Shown here piece by piece: positions 16,908-27,052 of a stretch of DNA of 38,304 nt. Where the stretch lies: IMG/VR virus record IMGVR_UViG_3300017648_000195, positions 1-38,304 of that record, one strand, 5' to 3'. The stretch is from a virus (Duplodnaviria; Caudoviricetes). Position 1 is the first letter of the stretch. Every line of letters begins with the position of its first letter. Under the pieces are notes generated by a model that was given only the letters and a program-made list of their open reading frames with translations, ran no database searches and was not told the DNA's origin. Position numbers and translations under genes: made by a program.

Positions 16908-17291
16908 CTAGTGCTTTTTCTGATCCGGTGGCGGAAGTAGTTCGGCCTCAATGACATTACCTTCAATGAGTTCACGAGCCTTCGCGGCTTTTGCAAGCAG
17001 GTCTGCGGTGTGTGTGATCTGCACATCAACATCGATATCGACCTTCTGCGCAGCCTTCGGAACTGTGGTCGATAGGAATATTTCAGCGGCTTTCAAACGT
17101 GCCATTTCATTTTTGCCATTGAGCATAATGTCTTCGACTGTAAGCAGCGCAGACGGCGACAAGTAGGCGATTGCTGTTTTCAGTTCGTCTGCAATAGGCG
17201 GCCGACCCTTGGGATTGCCTGATATACCCTTGCTGAATGCGTGTTTGCGCAGGTTTGCAAGCTGGCGCTCTGTCAGTGGTTTCTTTGCCAT
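16908..17291 (-). CDS. Probable terminase small subunit (DUF5681-type N-terminus)
   Basis: QLANLRKHAFSKGISGNPKGRP motif; close to terL. Confidence 0.7.
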   Translation of the reverse strand: MAKKPLTERQLANLRKHAFSKGISGNPKGRPPIADELKTAIAYLSPSALLTVEDIMLNGKNEMARLKAAEIFLSTTVPKAAQKVDIDVDVQITHTADLLAKAAKARELIEGNVIEAELLPPPDQKKH

Positions 17292-17557
17292 TATGCCTCC
17301 ATTCGGTAGCCGCCGAGCAATTTGATAAACTCGTCTGCATCGGACTCGTATGTGAAGTCGATTATGAAGCGATCCGGGCTTGTCTGCGTAAATCGGAAGT
17401 CGCTGCTGATATTGTCACGAACGAACGCGCCAAACTTATTGTCGATCCACGTTGCAATTGCCTCGTTCTGTGGAACTCCCGGATTGCTCTTTAGATACTC
17501 AATCAGCCCGTTTTCGCCGCGCTTATGACCGTTTGCTATTTCGTATTGAACTTGCAT
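17291..17557 (-). CDS. Hypothetical phage protein
   Basis: AAGGA RBS; minus-strand TAAATA at 17584-17589; coupled to terS. Confidence 0.7.
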   Translation of the reverse strand: MQVQYEIANGHKRGENGLIEYLKSNPGVPQNEAIATWIDNKFGAFVRDNISSDFRFTQTSPDRFIIDFTYESDADEFIKLLGGYRMEA

Positions 17558-17698
17558 GGTTCTGTCCTTGTTGTTGTATCTCGTATTTAAGCAAGAACAG
17601 CGAAAAACAGCACGAAACCAAACCGTTACGCTCAAATGAGCCGGTTTTGATGCGGTAAAACGTAAATATCTCGGATTTTCATTACCGAGGTATTTTTT

Positions 17699-19123
17699 AT
17701 GACTATTTCAAAGCAGCAACAGCAGCAGCAATTGCTTGCGCTATTGCAGGAGTTTCACGGAGATATTGCGCTATTTGCGCTAACCGTCTTCGGATCGACT
17801 TTACGTCCCAAACAGATCGAATTTGCAGAGGCATTCCGCCGAAATAAGCGCATTAGTTTCAAAGGTGGTGTCGGGTTCGGCAAAACCCATGCGCTGGCAA
17901 TTCTCGTCTGGTGGTCACTGTTCACGCATGACGATGTGCAGGTGACAATCTTCGGCCCGAACGAAGGGCAGTTACAGCGCGGTATCTGGAAAGAACTTTC
18001 CCTGCTTTATGGAAAGATGGACCAGACATTTCAGGACTGGTTTCGATTTACGGCAACGCGCATTGAGCGCAAACATAATTCGTCAGGCTGTTTTGCAACA
18101 TACGCGCTTGCCAGCACCGACAACATTTCGGCTGCTCGCGGTATTCACCAGATAAACAACTTCGTTTTTGTGGACGAGGCGACAGGTGTGCCGGATGAGA
18201 TTTTCACCGACGCGCTTGAGAACGTGCTGACCGATCCCAACGGCAAACTCTGCCTGATTAGCAACCCATCGACTACGAGCGGTTATTTTTGGGAGACGTG
18301 GAACGGGGACATGCAATCGCTGTGGAAGCATGTTCACGGCTGCATGACCGATGCACCGCATATCACTGCGCAAGACCTTTACGAGAAGGAATTGCTCTAC
18401 GGCGGCAAAGACGCTCGCCTTTACAAGATCATGGTCCTTGGTGAGTTTCCCGACAGTAATGTTGACGGCCTTATTCCGAAGTGGGCCGTTGATGATGCAG
18501 TTGAGAACGACGAGGCAGTTCCAGCTACAACTTATCCCGTCATATGGGGCTTAGACCCTGCCGATGGCGGCGACCGCAGTGTCTTGGTCAAACGCCACGA
18601 CAACAAGGTCATCGGCATTTCTGAGATACGCGGTACGGACCTCATGCAACTTGCTATGCGTGTTCGTGACGAATACGAGCGCACACCGCCGAAATTGCGA
18701 CCGCAAGCAATTTGCGTTGATGCTATCGGCGTCGGTAATGGTGCTTACGTCAATTTGAACTACATGAACTTGCCGGTTCGCAAGGTCATCGTTTCCAATT
18801 CCCCGACACGCAAGCCCGATCTCTACAGCCGATTGCGCGATCAACTTTGGTGGGAATGTCGAGAATGGTTTGTAGCTGGAAACGTCAGCATTCCTGACAA
18901 TGCCGATCTGCGCAAGGAACTCGTTGCTCCATCGTACGATAGCGACAACGGCAAGATTAAGGTCGAGAAGAAAGACCTCATCAAGCGCAAACTCAAGGGC
19001 GCATCGCCTGACTTTGCAGACGCTTTATGTCTGACCTTTGCGATTTCACCGACACGTTTTGCAAGCCAATTCGGCATCGATCAGTTCTTGGCACCGCCAG
19101 TAGACCTGAGACGCTTCAACTGA
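17699..19123 (+). CDS. terL: Terminase large subunit
   Basis: Walker A GGVGFGKT, Walker B VFVDEA, LISNPS coupling motif, nuclease motifs GLDPADGGD and SPDFADAL. Confidence 0.95.
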   Translation: MTISKQQQQQQLLALLQEFHGDIALFALTVFGSTLRPKQIEFAEAFRRNKRISFKGGVGFGKTHALAILVWWSLFTHDDVQVTIFGPNEGQLQRGIWKELSLLYGKMDQTFQDWFRFTATRIERKHNSSGCFATYALASTDNISAARGIHQINNFVFVDEATGVPDEIFTDALENVLTDPNGKLCLISNPSTTSGYFWETWNGDMQSLWKHVHGCMTDAPHITAQDLYEKELLYGGKDARLYKIMVLGEFPDSNVDGLIPKWAVDDAVENDEAVPATTYPVIWGLDPADGGDRSVLVKRHDNKVIGISEIRGTDLMQLAMRVRDEYERTPPKLRPQAICVDAIGVGNGAYVNLNYMNLPVRKVIVSNSPTRKPDLYSRLRDQLWWECREWFVAGNVSIPDNADLRKELVAPSYDSDNGKIKVEKKDLIKRKLKGASPDFADALCLTFAISPTRFASQFGIDQFLAPPVDLRRFN

Positions 19124-19202
19124 CGCGCAACGGCACGAGCCAAATAAATATGAGCATAACAACAAAAATGAGAACGGCGGAACAACCGCCGCGAAAGGCG
19201 CT

Positions 19203-21485
19203 ATGGCGAAAAACACAATCAGTAAAAAGGTGGATGAACAAGCGTTAGCAAATCGCTTTGCTGGTCTGGTTCAAGGCGCGGTTGGCGTGTCTAGTGCGAA
19301 GATCGCGGACAAGAATACCGCAGCGCTCAAATATTACATGCGTGAACCGTTCCCGTTCGATCTTGATAAGAACGGCAATCCGATTAGGGACGCAAAATCC
19401 AAATACGTAAGCAGCGACGTTCAGGAACGCACCGATTGGGCCGTTGGTCAGGGCGTTCGCATTTTCGATAACCAATGGCAGGTCGTAAGTTTCTCTCCGA
19501 ATGAGCCGAACGACCAGCCGATTGCGGACGAAATGACGGAAGTTTGCAACTTCATCATGCGTAACAAAAATTCGCATGTTGCAATTCTCTCCCCATGGCT
19601 CACGAACGGCTTTCTCACTGGCCTTGGCATCGCAATGGTGGAACTGCGCAAGGATCGCGAGGAACTATTGCCGGAAATGGTCAAGGGCCTGACCGACATT
19701 CAACTGGTCCAGATCGAGCAGCAGGAAGAAGCCGGGAAGATCATTATCGAAGAACGCGGCGACCCTTATTTTCCCGATACGCCACCACCTACGAATTTGC
19801 CACCTGAACTGGCAGCGCTTGCGCAGCAGATGCAGCCGCAAGTCAGAGATATAAAAATTCGTAAGGTTCGCGAAAACGTATCGATCAACATTCGCAGTTT
19901 GCCACCGGAAGATTTTATCGTGTCACGCGATGCTGACATTGACGAGCAGACCGGCGGAATCAAAGCCACGTTGCAGGGACATAAGCGCGTCATAAGCCGT
20001 GCTGACCTGATCGATATGGGTTTCGACAAAGCCAAGGTTGATAAAATCCCATTGTCGGAATCGGACCTAGAGGGCATGGCGCAGGAACGCGCTCTCATCA
20101 CGGATTATGATACCAGTGGTGTTACCGGCGACGAGGTTACGGTCTACGAGATTTACACGTTCACGGCGATTGAAGGCAAAAAGCGCCGTCATTATCGCAT
20201 TACGTTGGCTGGCGATCTCGAAACAAAGCCCGTTCTGCTTCATTACGAGGAAGTCAGCAAATTCTATCCGTATGCGCCATTTGTGCCGTTCCCGATCCCG
20301 AACACGCTTTTCGGTGAGGGCATGATTGATCGTGTCGGCCCGACACAGAAACTTGTTTCGCAGATTATCCGCGCACAGCACGACAATCTCAATAAGTATG
20401 TCGATCCGATGGTGGTGATTAATCCAGAAGTCACCCGCCACGATGATTTGCTCAACCCGTATCCGGGTAAGGTTATTCGTTCGGAAGACCCGACCGCTGG
20501 TATTTCGTGGGTACAGCCGCCGTTCACAGCGATGCAGGCGCAGCCGATTATCGACAATCTGAAAACGGAACTCGATTACACAACCGGCGTCGGTGGTTCG
20601 CTCGCCAGCGTAAATGCATCGGATCTACAGAACACGACAGCTACAGCGAACGCACAGCGCGCAAGCAGTCAGCAGATGCTTATTGAGAAAGTCTGCCGCC
20701 ATTTTGCCGATACCGGCTATCGCTATATTTTCCGTGTCATCATCGATTTGCTTGCGAACAATCCAGAAGAAGCGCAACGCCTCGTCACTCGTCTAACCGG
20801 CAAGTTCACTCCGATCCGCATAGACGAATGGGACGCCGACATGGATATCACGGCGAACGTGGCTTTCGGTGTTACGGACAAGATGGGGAATGCAGCAAAC
20901 TTGCAGGCAATCTTGGCCTTGCAGATGCAGTTGCAGCCGATGGGCCTAGCAAATCCACAAACCATATATGCGACAGCAACCAAGTTAGCCGAGAACGCCG
21001 GTTTCAAGAATGCCGGTATGTTCTTTGTCGATCCATCGACATTGCCACCGCCACCACCCGCACCACCACCGCCAGACCCGAACGCGGCACTCATCGCGGA
21101 AATGAAGCTGAAAGCCGAAGTGGACGCCAAGAGCAAAGCCGCCGAATACGAATTCGAGATGCGCAAGTTGTACGTGGAGAACGACTTGAAGCGCGATCAG
21201 ATGGCACAGGACTTGGAACTCAAGCGCGCTGAGATCGAGGCGAAGTACCAAGCAGAGGTCAACGTCGCAAAGATACAGGCGGAACAAGATCGTCGTCGCA
21301 CAGACGTCGATTATGCCATTGCGCTCAACGAGGCACAGACACAGTTGCAGCAAGCGCAGGGGATGCCAGACGCTCAAAGCACTCTAGGAAACGCGCCAGC
21401 ACAGCAGCAAGCGCAGGGAGCGCCCAAAGCACCGCCGCAGCCTATGACACCACCTGGCGCCGGTATGATGCCTCCGCAACAGTAA
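19203..21485 (+). CDS. Portal protein (podovirus, P22-like size)
   Basis: 760 aa directly after terL; long C-terminal coiled-coil and Q/P-rich tail. Confidence 0.9.
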   Translation: MAKNTISKKVDEQALANRFAGLVQGAVGVSSAKIADKNTAALKYYMREPFPFDLDKNGNPIRDAKSKYVSSDVQERTDWAVGQGVRIFDNQWQVVSFSPNEPNDQPIADEMTEVCNFIMRNKNSHVAILSPWLTNGFLTGLGIAMVELRKDREELLPEMVKGLTDIQLVQIEQQEEAGKIIIEERGDPYFPDTPPPTNLPPELAALAQQMQPQVRDIKIRKVRENVSINIRSLPPEDFIVSRDADIDEQTGGIKATLQGHKRVISRADLIDMGFDKAKVDKIPLSESDLEGMAQERALITDYDTSGVTGDEVTVYEIYTFTAIEGKKRRHYRITLAGDLETKPVLLHYEEVSKFYPYAPFVPFPIPNTLFGEGMIDRVGPTQKLVSQIIRAQHDNLNKYVDPMVVINPEVTRHDDLLNPYPGKVIRSEDPTAGISWVQPPFTAMQAQPIIDNLKTELDYTTGVGGSLASVNASDLQNTTATANAQRASSQQMLIEKVCRHFADTGYRYIFRVIIDLLANNPEEAQRLVTRLTGKFTPIRIDEWDADMDITANVAFGVTDKMGNAANLQAILALQMQLQPMGLANPQTIYATATKLAENAGFKNAGMFFVDPSTLPPPPPAPPPPDPNAALIAEMKLKAEVDAKSKAAEYEFEMRKLYVENDLKRDQMAQDLELKRAEIEAKYQAEVNVAKIQAEQDRRRTDVDYAIALNEAQTQLQQAQGMPDAQSTLGNAPAQQQAQGAPKAPPQPMTPPGAGMMPPQQ

Positions 21486-21495
21486 GGGAGAACTT

Positions 21496-21759
21496 ATGAA
21501 TCAGGAAATTATTGCGCGTGGTGAAAACGCGAGACGTGTTCTGGACAATCCAGATTTCAAGCAGTTGCTTACCGATATTAAGCGCCATTTGTTTGACAAG
21601 TTTTCAGCGACGAACACCCTCGATGTGGAGGAACGGGAGAACCTTCACAAGTTGACGCTGGCTTGCAACCTGCTTGAAATGCGTGGACGCAAGTTCATCG
21701 AATATGCAGATACAGAGATCGCACTGGATGCTCAGCGCAAGGCATCCAAAGAAGCGTGA
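21496..21759 (+). CDS. Small head-module protein
   Basis: GGGAG RBS; lies between portal and scaffold. Confidence 0.75.
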   Translation: MNQEIIARGENARRVLDNPDFKQLLTDIKRHLFDKFSATNTLDVEERENLHKLTLACNLLEMRGRKFIEYADTEIALDAQRKASKEA

Positions 21760-21814
21760 AAAATATTCAATTCAATAAATACCTCAACAATAACAACAAT
21801 TGAGGTATCAACTC

Positions 21815-22876
21815 ATGGATATGACCAACACTCCCGAACAGGGAACTGGTTTTACGGTCGATGAAGCGGCCACACAGATCGAAACCCTTTTGGACAGCCC
21901 ACAGGCTACACCCGAAAAAGTAGATGCTGAAACGAACGAGACTCCCGAAGTCTCAACCCCGCTAGAAACAGATATCGAGAGCGACGAGGAACAACCGGAA
22001 ACGGACTCCGAAACCGTCGAAGCAGATGAAGACGAAGGCGAACAGGACGAGAAGCAGGAAACACCCGTCGAACGCGACCCGGAAGAAATTGTATTCGAAC
22101 TCGAAGGCCAAGCAATTTCACGTAAGGAAGCAGAACGCGGATTTCTGAGACAGTCCGATTACACGCGCAAAATGCAGGAACTAGCTGAACACCGCAAAAA
22201 GTGGATCGTTCAGGAAATTGACATGCATCAGGTGCGTGAAACTTCTGCGCAGACACTGAACCAATTGGCTCATCACGTCGCACAGGTCTTTGACATGACC
22301 GATTTCGGTCCAGAACCCGATTGGGCTGCTGAATTCGAACTCGACCCATACACCACACAGCAGAAACGCTTCCAGTGGGAAAAAGACAAGGCGGCATGGA
22401 CCAAGAAGCAGCAGGAACGTGAAGCCGCTGTTATGGCGATTTACAACGCGCAGAAGCAGATTGCCGAACAGAACGCACGTTTTGCGAAAAACAAGCGAGA
22501 GCAGGACATCATTGATAGTCGTGCGGAACTTGCTCGCAGAATGCCAGATCAGTTTGGTGACGACAGAAAAGCGAATGTTGTCCTGAATGACATTGCTAAC
22601 TTCTTGACCCAGCAGGGATTGCCTGCGGAGCAGATCGAGAACCTGACAGACCCGACAATGGTGCAACTTGCATATTACGCAAAGTTGGGAATGGAAGCGG
22701 CAGCAAAGATGCCGAAAGCAGTGAAGGCAATTGAAGCCAAGCCCGCTCTTACGATGCCGGGCACAAAAGACGTTAGCGCAAGTGGAAACTCAAGTGCATT
22801 GGAGAAAGACCTAAAGAGGTTGAAGCGTACAGGTAGTCTTGATGATGCTGCAAGCGCACTCAGCAAACTATTTTAA
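21815..22876 (+). CDS. Capsid scaffolding protein
   Basis: Acidic N-terminus, GFLRQSDYTRKMQELAE motif, coiled coil, C-terminal RLKRTGSLDDAA; precedes the capsid gene. Confidence 0.85.
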   Translation: MDMTNTPEQGTGFTVDEAATQIETLLDSPQATPEKVDAETNETPEVSTPLETDIESDEEQPETDSETVEADEDEGEQDEKQETPVERDPEEIVFELEGQAISRKEAERGFLRQSDYTRKMQELAEHRKKWIVQEIDMHQVRETSAQTLNQLAHHVAQVFDMTDFGPEPDWAAEFELDPYTTQQKRFQWEKDKAAWTKKQQEREAAVMAIYNAQKQIAEQNARFAKNKREQDIIDSRAELARRMPDQFGDDRKANVVLNDIANFLTQQGLPAEQIENLTDPTMVQLAYYAKLGMEAAAKMPKAVKAIEAKPALTMPGTKDVSASGNSSALEKDLKRLKRTGSLDDAASALSKLF

Positions 22877-22893
22877 TTAAGGAGAAGCCAAAA

Positions 22894-23844
22894 ATGGCCG
22901 CATATACCAGTTATTCCGGTAAAAATATTGCAGAAGATATTGATAGCATTATCAACAATATCGACCCAACAGAAACCCCTCTATATTCCTCTTTGAAGAA
23001 GCGTTCGGCTGGCAATCGTAAGGTTGAATGGCTTTCGGACGATATTCGTCCTTCTAACCCAACGAACAGCGTTGCAGAAGGCGCGGACAGCGTTGACTCT
23101 GTTCTTTCGTCTCCGAAGCGTTTCAACAACTACGTTCAGGAATTTCAGGGCGTTGTAAACGTTTCCGACATTGCTAACGCTGTTGACACCATCGGTTACA
23201 AGCAGGAACTCGGTTACAAGACCAGCCTTGAAGGTAAAGCGCTCAAGCTGGATATCGAAGCCGCGATCGTCGGTAACAACGCAAGCCGCCCCGGTGCACA
23301 AATGACCGAAGGTGGATTGTTCGCAGGTATGGAGTCTTGGATTAAGACCGCAGCGAGCCATGGTACTGACGGTGAAACACTCGGTTTTGATGAAAATACT
23401 CATCTTGTTTCTGCACCGACAGACGGTACTGTTCGCGATCTCACAGAAGAACTTTTGCTTGATACGCTCCAGATTTCTCATGAAGCAGGTGGCACACCGA
23501 GCAAGATCATCGTTCCAGCGAACCTCAAGCGCGCTATCTCCCGTTTCTCTGGTGATGCCGTTCGCAACATGGAAACCAAGGACCGCAAGGTAACAAACAC
23601 CGTCCAGATCATCGAAGGTGACTTCGGGATTTACGATGTGTCATACCACAACAAGGTTCGTTCCACGACGGTTATTGCTTACGATCCTGCTCTTTGGGAA
23701 CTTGCTGTATTGCAGGGCTTCAAGACCAAGGACTTGCCAGCAAACGGTTCTTATCAGCGCAAGTTGCTCAACACCGTTGTTTCCCTCGTTTGCAAGAACG
23801 AGAAGGGCAACGCGAAGATTGCAGACGTAAAGCGCGGCGCTTAA
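22894..23844 (+). CDS. Major capsid protein (SU10/DUF5309-like)
   Basis: EDIDSIINNIDPTETP...VEWLSD...EGAD...NYVQ...LKLDIE signature; AAGGAG RBS; hairpin at 23857-23878. Confidence 0.9.
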   Translation: MAAYTSYSGKNIAEDIDSIINNIDPTETPLYSSLKKRSAGNRKVEWLSDDIRPSNPTNSVAEGADSVDSVLSSPKRFNNYVQEFQGVVNVSDIANAVDTIGYKQELGYKTSLEGKALKLDIEAAIVGNNASRPGAQMTEGGLFAGMESWIKTAASHGTDGETLGFDENTHLVSAPTDGTVRDLTEELLLDTLQISHEAGGTPSKIIVPANLKRAISRFSGDAVRNMETKDRKVTNTVQIIEGDFGIYDVSYHNKVRSTTVIAYDPALWELAVLQGFKTKDLPANGSYQRKLLNTVVSLVCKNEKGNAKIADVKRGA

Positions 23845-23915
23845 TCCGCAAGCATAGTGGGGGCGTAATTGCCCCCACAGCACCCAATAATAACAATAAG
23901 AAAAATGGTGCTGTT

Positions 23916-24221
23916 TTGGACAAAAGAATACTATTTGAAGTTAAGCCCGATGGCACAGAAATTTGGTGGCATACAGACGGCGCTTTCATCACAATCGAAC
24001 ATGTTGTTCCTGTTGATCAGATTATTGATGACAACAAAACAGCAGAGGCCGCATTCAATCGCAGTGGAAAACTCGGCGATCTCGTACTTCACGCGGAACT
24101 TCCCGCGCAGATGTATTGGGATTTGTACGAGAAAGGAGTTGTCGAGGATCGAACAGCGTTCAAGCGCTTTTTGAATGATCCCGATAACAAGTACCTGCGT
24201 AAAAATAATTTGAGGTTGTAA
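23916..24221 (+). CDS. Conserved post-capsid hypothetical protein
   Basis: FKRFLNDPDNKYLR C-terminal motif; TTG start inferred. Confidence 0.7.
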   Translation: MDKRILFEVKPDGTEIWWHTDGAFITIEHVVPVDQIIDDNKTAEAAFNRSGKLGDLVLHAELPAQMYWDLYEKGVVEDRTAFKRFLNDPDNKYLRKNNLRL

Positions 24222-24222
24222 C

Positions 24223-24807
24223 ATGGCAATCTCAAATTACTCAGACCTACAGCAAACAATTGCCGATTACATTTTGCGTCCCGATGCGCCGATCAAGTCA
24301 TTCATCGCATTAGCGGAGAATGATGTTTCCGTATTTGTGCGCCACTACATGCAGGAAACGCAGGTAACGCTCACAAGCAGCAACAATGAAGTTTTATTGC
24401 CAGCTAATTTTCAGGAAGCGCGCCGCATTGTCATTGATGGTGTCTTGGCGACGCCAGTTAGCGCGTACCGTGCAATTCTTCGCCCTGGCGAAATCGGCTA
24501 TTACCAGCGTGGCAACTCCTATGTGATCGTGCCAGAGCGTGACGAGCCGCGCAGTGTTGAACTCATCTATTATGCGCGTGTCCCGGTCCTTTCCGATGCA
24601 GAGCCTACAAACTGGTTGTTGCAGCGTTTTCCCACTGTCTTGTTTCATGCCTCGCTTGTTCGTGCATATCGCTGGCTTAAAGACCCGACAGCAGAAGCAC
24701 AGGAGAAAGCCAGCCTTCAGGAAGCGTTCGGCATAGTCGTTGCAGACGACAAGCGCGCTGTTACCAGTGGCAACCAGCCGACGGTTGATTTCGGAGGTGG
24801 GTGGTGA
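24223..24807 (+). CDS. Head-tail adaptor protein
   Basis: MAISNYSDLQQTIADY...FIALAE...TNWLL motif pattern and gene position. Confidence 0.8.
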   Translation: MAISNYSDLQQTIADYILRPDAPIKSFIALAENDVSVFVRHYMQETQVTLTSSNNEVLLPANFQEARRIVIDGVLATPVSAYRAILRPGEIGYYQRGNSYVIVPERDEPRSVELIYYARVPVLSDAEPTNWLLQRFPTVLFHASLVRAYRWLKDPTAEAQEKASLQEAFGIVVADDKRAVTSGNQPTVDFGGGW

Positions 24808-26327
24808 TTATCGACAGCGTTTTCGGCCCATGGCGTCCTGACTTTCCAGACCTCAACAATCCGGGCCTTACGATGGCTCGTAATGTCACAGCGGGCGCAG
24901 GTGCTATGCAGGGCACAGTCACTTACAGCGCGTTGAAGCGCGCTCGCTTATACTCCGCTACATCAATGGCGAGTCGTCCGACTGGAACAGCGGTTGGTTT
25001 GGACCAGTACAACAATGCTAAGGTTTACGGTGGTTGTGCGAGCGCTCTTTATAAGTTGTCGCCGGGTGATCGCCAGTGGACGGATATGTCACGAACTGGC
25101 GGCTACAATGGCACTGAGTCAGATCGTTGGCAGTCCGTGGAATATGGCCCATATCAGATTTTCACAAATTTCACGGATGCACCGCAATACGTGGACATGA
25201 ACACCGACTTGCAGTTTGCCGACCTTACTTCGCTGGTTAAAGGCAGACGTATCGGCACTCACAAGGGATTCGTGATCCTTGCGAACACGTGGGACCCGCT
25301 CGATTCCTTCAAACCCAATCGCATTCGTTGGAGCGGTCAAGGTTATCCGAGTGATTGGGCGTTCTCCGCACAAACACAGGCAGACTTTCAGGATATTAAC
25401 GGCTACGGGCCAATTCAACGTATCGTTTGCGAGAATGACGTTTGGGTATTCCTCAAGAATGGCATCGTTCAAATGTCCTATATCGGTGCGCCATATGTGT
25501 ATCGTTTCGATACTCGCGTTGAGGGCAAGGGCTGCTCAGTTCCAGAAAGCCTAGTTACGGTCGATGGCAAAACCTTCTTCCTCAGCGATGACGGCTTTTA
25601 CATGTTCCAGAATGGCAACCTCATGCCAATCGGGAACGGCAAGGTAAACAAGTATTTCCTCCAGAAAGCGGAATCCTCGCAGTTCCATTTGATGACTGCC
25701 ATGGTCGATCCACGTGCATCTTTGATCCATTGGACATTCGTTAGCGTGGACACGCCGAACGGCCTTCCCGACAAGACGATGATCTATAACTACCAGACCG
25801 GCGAATGGTCAGAGGCAGAGGCTACAGCGCCATTCACGTTCAATACGATTGCGCTTTCATGGACAATCGACAAGCTGGACGAATTCGGAACGCTTGATGA
25901 TGTGCCTGCCAGTTGGGACGATCCAATTTGGGCGGGTGGCTCTGCATTGCTCGCGGGTATGGATATGACCGGCAACGTCTACATTTATTCAGGTGACACA
26001 TTGCCAGCGATCTTCGAGACGCAGGAGCAATTGCTCATCAATTCGGTTCGGGCTGTTGATCCTAAAGCAGTAGGCGACCGCACAAATGTTATGGGTGTGC
26101 GCCCGTTTTTCGAAGGTTCGCAGGCAACGGCTTCTGTTGCAGTGGGATCGCGCAGCACAAGCAACGGCGTGGTGCAGTGGTCAAATCCATCGCTCCAACA
26201 TGCCGAAACGGGCTTCGCATATTTCCGCGTTCAAAATCGCTTCCATCGCTTTCGTCTGCAATTGCGCGGTGAATGGGACAAAGCAAGTGCCATTCAAATA
26301 GACGCTAATGCGGCGGGTTTCAGATAA
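24804..26327 (+). CDS. Tail nozzle/stabilisation protein (P22 gp10-like)
   Basis: ~508-aa beta-rich protein after the adaptor; FFLSDDGFY motif; GGAGG RBS. Confidence 0.75.
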   Translation: MIIDSVFGPWRPDFPDLNNPGLTMARNVTAGAGAMQGTVTYSALKRARLYSATSMASRPTGTAVGLDQYNNAKVYGGCASALYKLSPGDRQWTDMSRTGGYNGTESDRWQSVEYGPYQIFTNFTDAPQYVDMNTDLQFADLTSLVKGRRIGTHKGFVILANTWDPLDSFKPNRIRWSGQGYPSDWAFSAQTQADFQDINGYGPIQRIVCENDVWVFLKNGIVQMSYIGAPYVYRFDTRVEGKGCSVPESLVTVDGKTFFLSDDGFYMFQNGNLMPIGNGKVNKYFLQKAESSQFHLMTAMVDPRASLIHWTFVSVDTPNGLPDKTMIYNYQTGEWSEAEATAPFTFNTIALSWTIDKLDEFGTLDDVPASWDDPIWAGGSALLAGMDMTGNVYIYSGDTLPAIFETQEQLLINSVRAVDPKAVGDRTNVMGVRPFFEGSQATASVAVGSRSTSNGVVQWSNPSLQHAETGFAYFRVQNRFHRFRLQLRGEWDKASAIQIDANAAGFR

Positions 26328-26352
26328 ATATCTGCGACCATAAGGAGGCGAA

Positions 26353-26643
26353 ATGGAAGGCGTTTATAATCCAGAAGACCCAAAACATGTTGCGCGTGTC
26401 GTGAATGATCTTGTTCGTCAATTCGATAATACAGGATCGTTGACACTCAACACGTCTGCAACATCGACGGTTGTTATGAATCCGAAGGTCGTTTGGTCAA
26501 CAGTTCCATTTCTTATTCCAGCTAACGCGAATGCAAAAGCAGAACAGTGGTGGATTGAAAGTGTTGGCATCGGACAGTTTACGGTCGGCCATGCAAGTTC
26601 AACGACTGCAAGGAAATTTTATTACGTATTACATGGAGTATAA
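26353..26643 (+). CDS. Small tail-associated protein
   Basis: AAGGAGG RBS; ATAAATA at 26324. Confidence 0.7.
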   Translation: MEGVYNPEDPKHVARVVNDLVRQFDNTGSLTLNTSATSTVVMNPKVVWSTVPFLIPANANAKAEQWWIESVGIGQFTVGHASSTTARKFYYVLHGV

Positions 26644-27050
26644 TGGCGATAAAGCGGATTGATACAGCGGTTGATTTTGATGCTGAATATCCGCGAGTAC
26701 GAGAATGGCTAATCAGCGCATTCAAATATTCCGCCAATAAAATTGATGAGCGTCAATTGCTCCAAGGACTGGACGAGCGAGATTACTTGCTTTGGACAGC
26801 CAATAACGCGGCTTGTGTAACCTCACTAACCGAATGGCGTGGTCATCCAGTTTGCGTGTTCTTTGTTGTCGGCGGTGCAGCAGGGAAAGCAATCAAAGAG
26901 ATTTTTGAAGAAGGCTTGCCGGTAGTCGAGCAATACGCACGAGAGCACAACTGCAAATATGTGCTGGGTATTGGTCGAATACAGTGGGTGAGAATTGTCG
27001 AACGATACGGTTTCACAACAGAAGGAAACGAATACTATAAGGAAGTTTAA
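26643..27050 (+). CDS. GNAT-fold-like virion assembly protein
   Basis: VEQYAREHNCKYVLGIGRIQW...YGF pattern; located before the ejection proteins. Confidence 0.6.
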   Translation: MAIKRIDTAVDFDAEYPRVREWLISAFKYSANKIDERQLLQGLDERDYLLWTANNAACVTSLTEWRGHPVCVFFVVGGAAGKAIKEIFEEGLPVVEQYAREHNCKYVLGIGRIQWVRIVERYGFTTEGNEYYKEV

Positions 27051-27052
27051 TT

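Noticed and set aside
17711-17731. Poly-Gln run at the TerL N-terminus as a phase-variable repeat
   Set aside because: Mixed CAG/CAA triplets; length changes would keep the frame.
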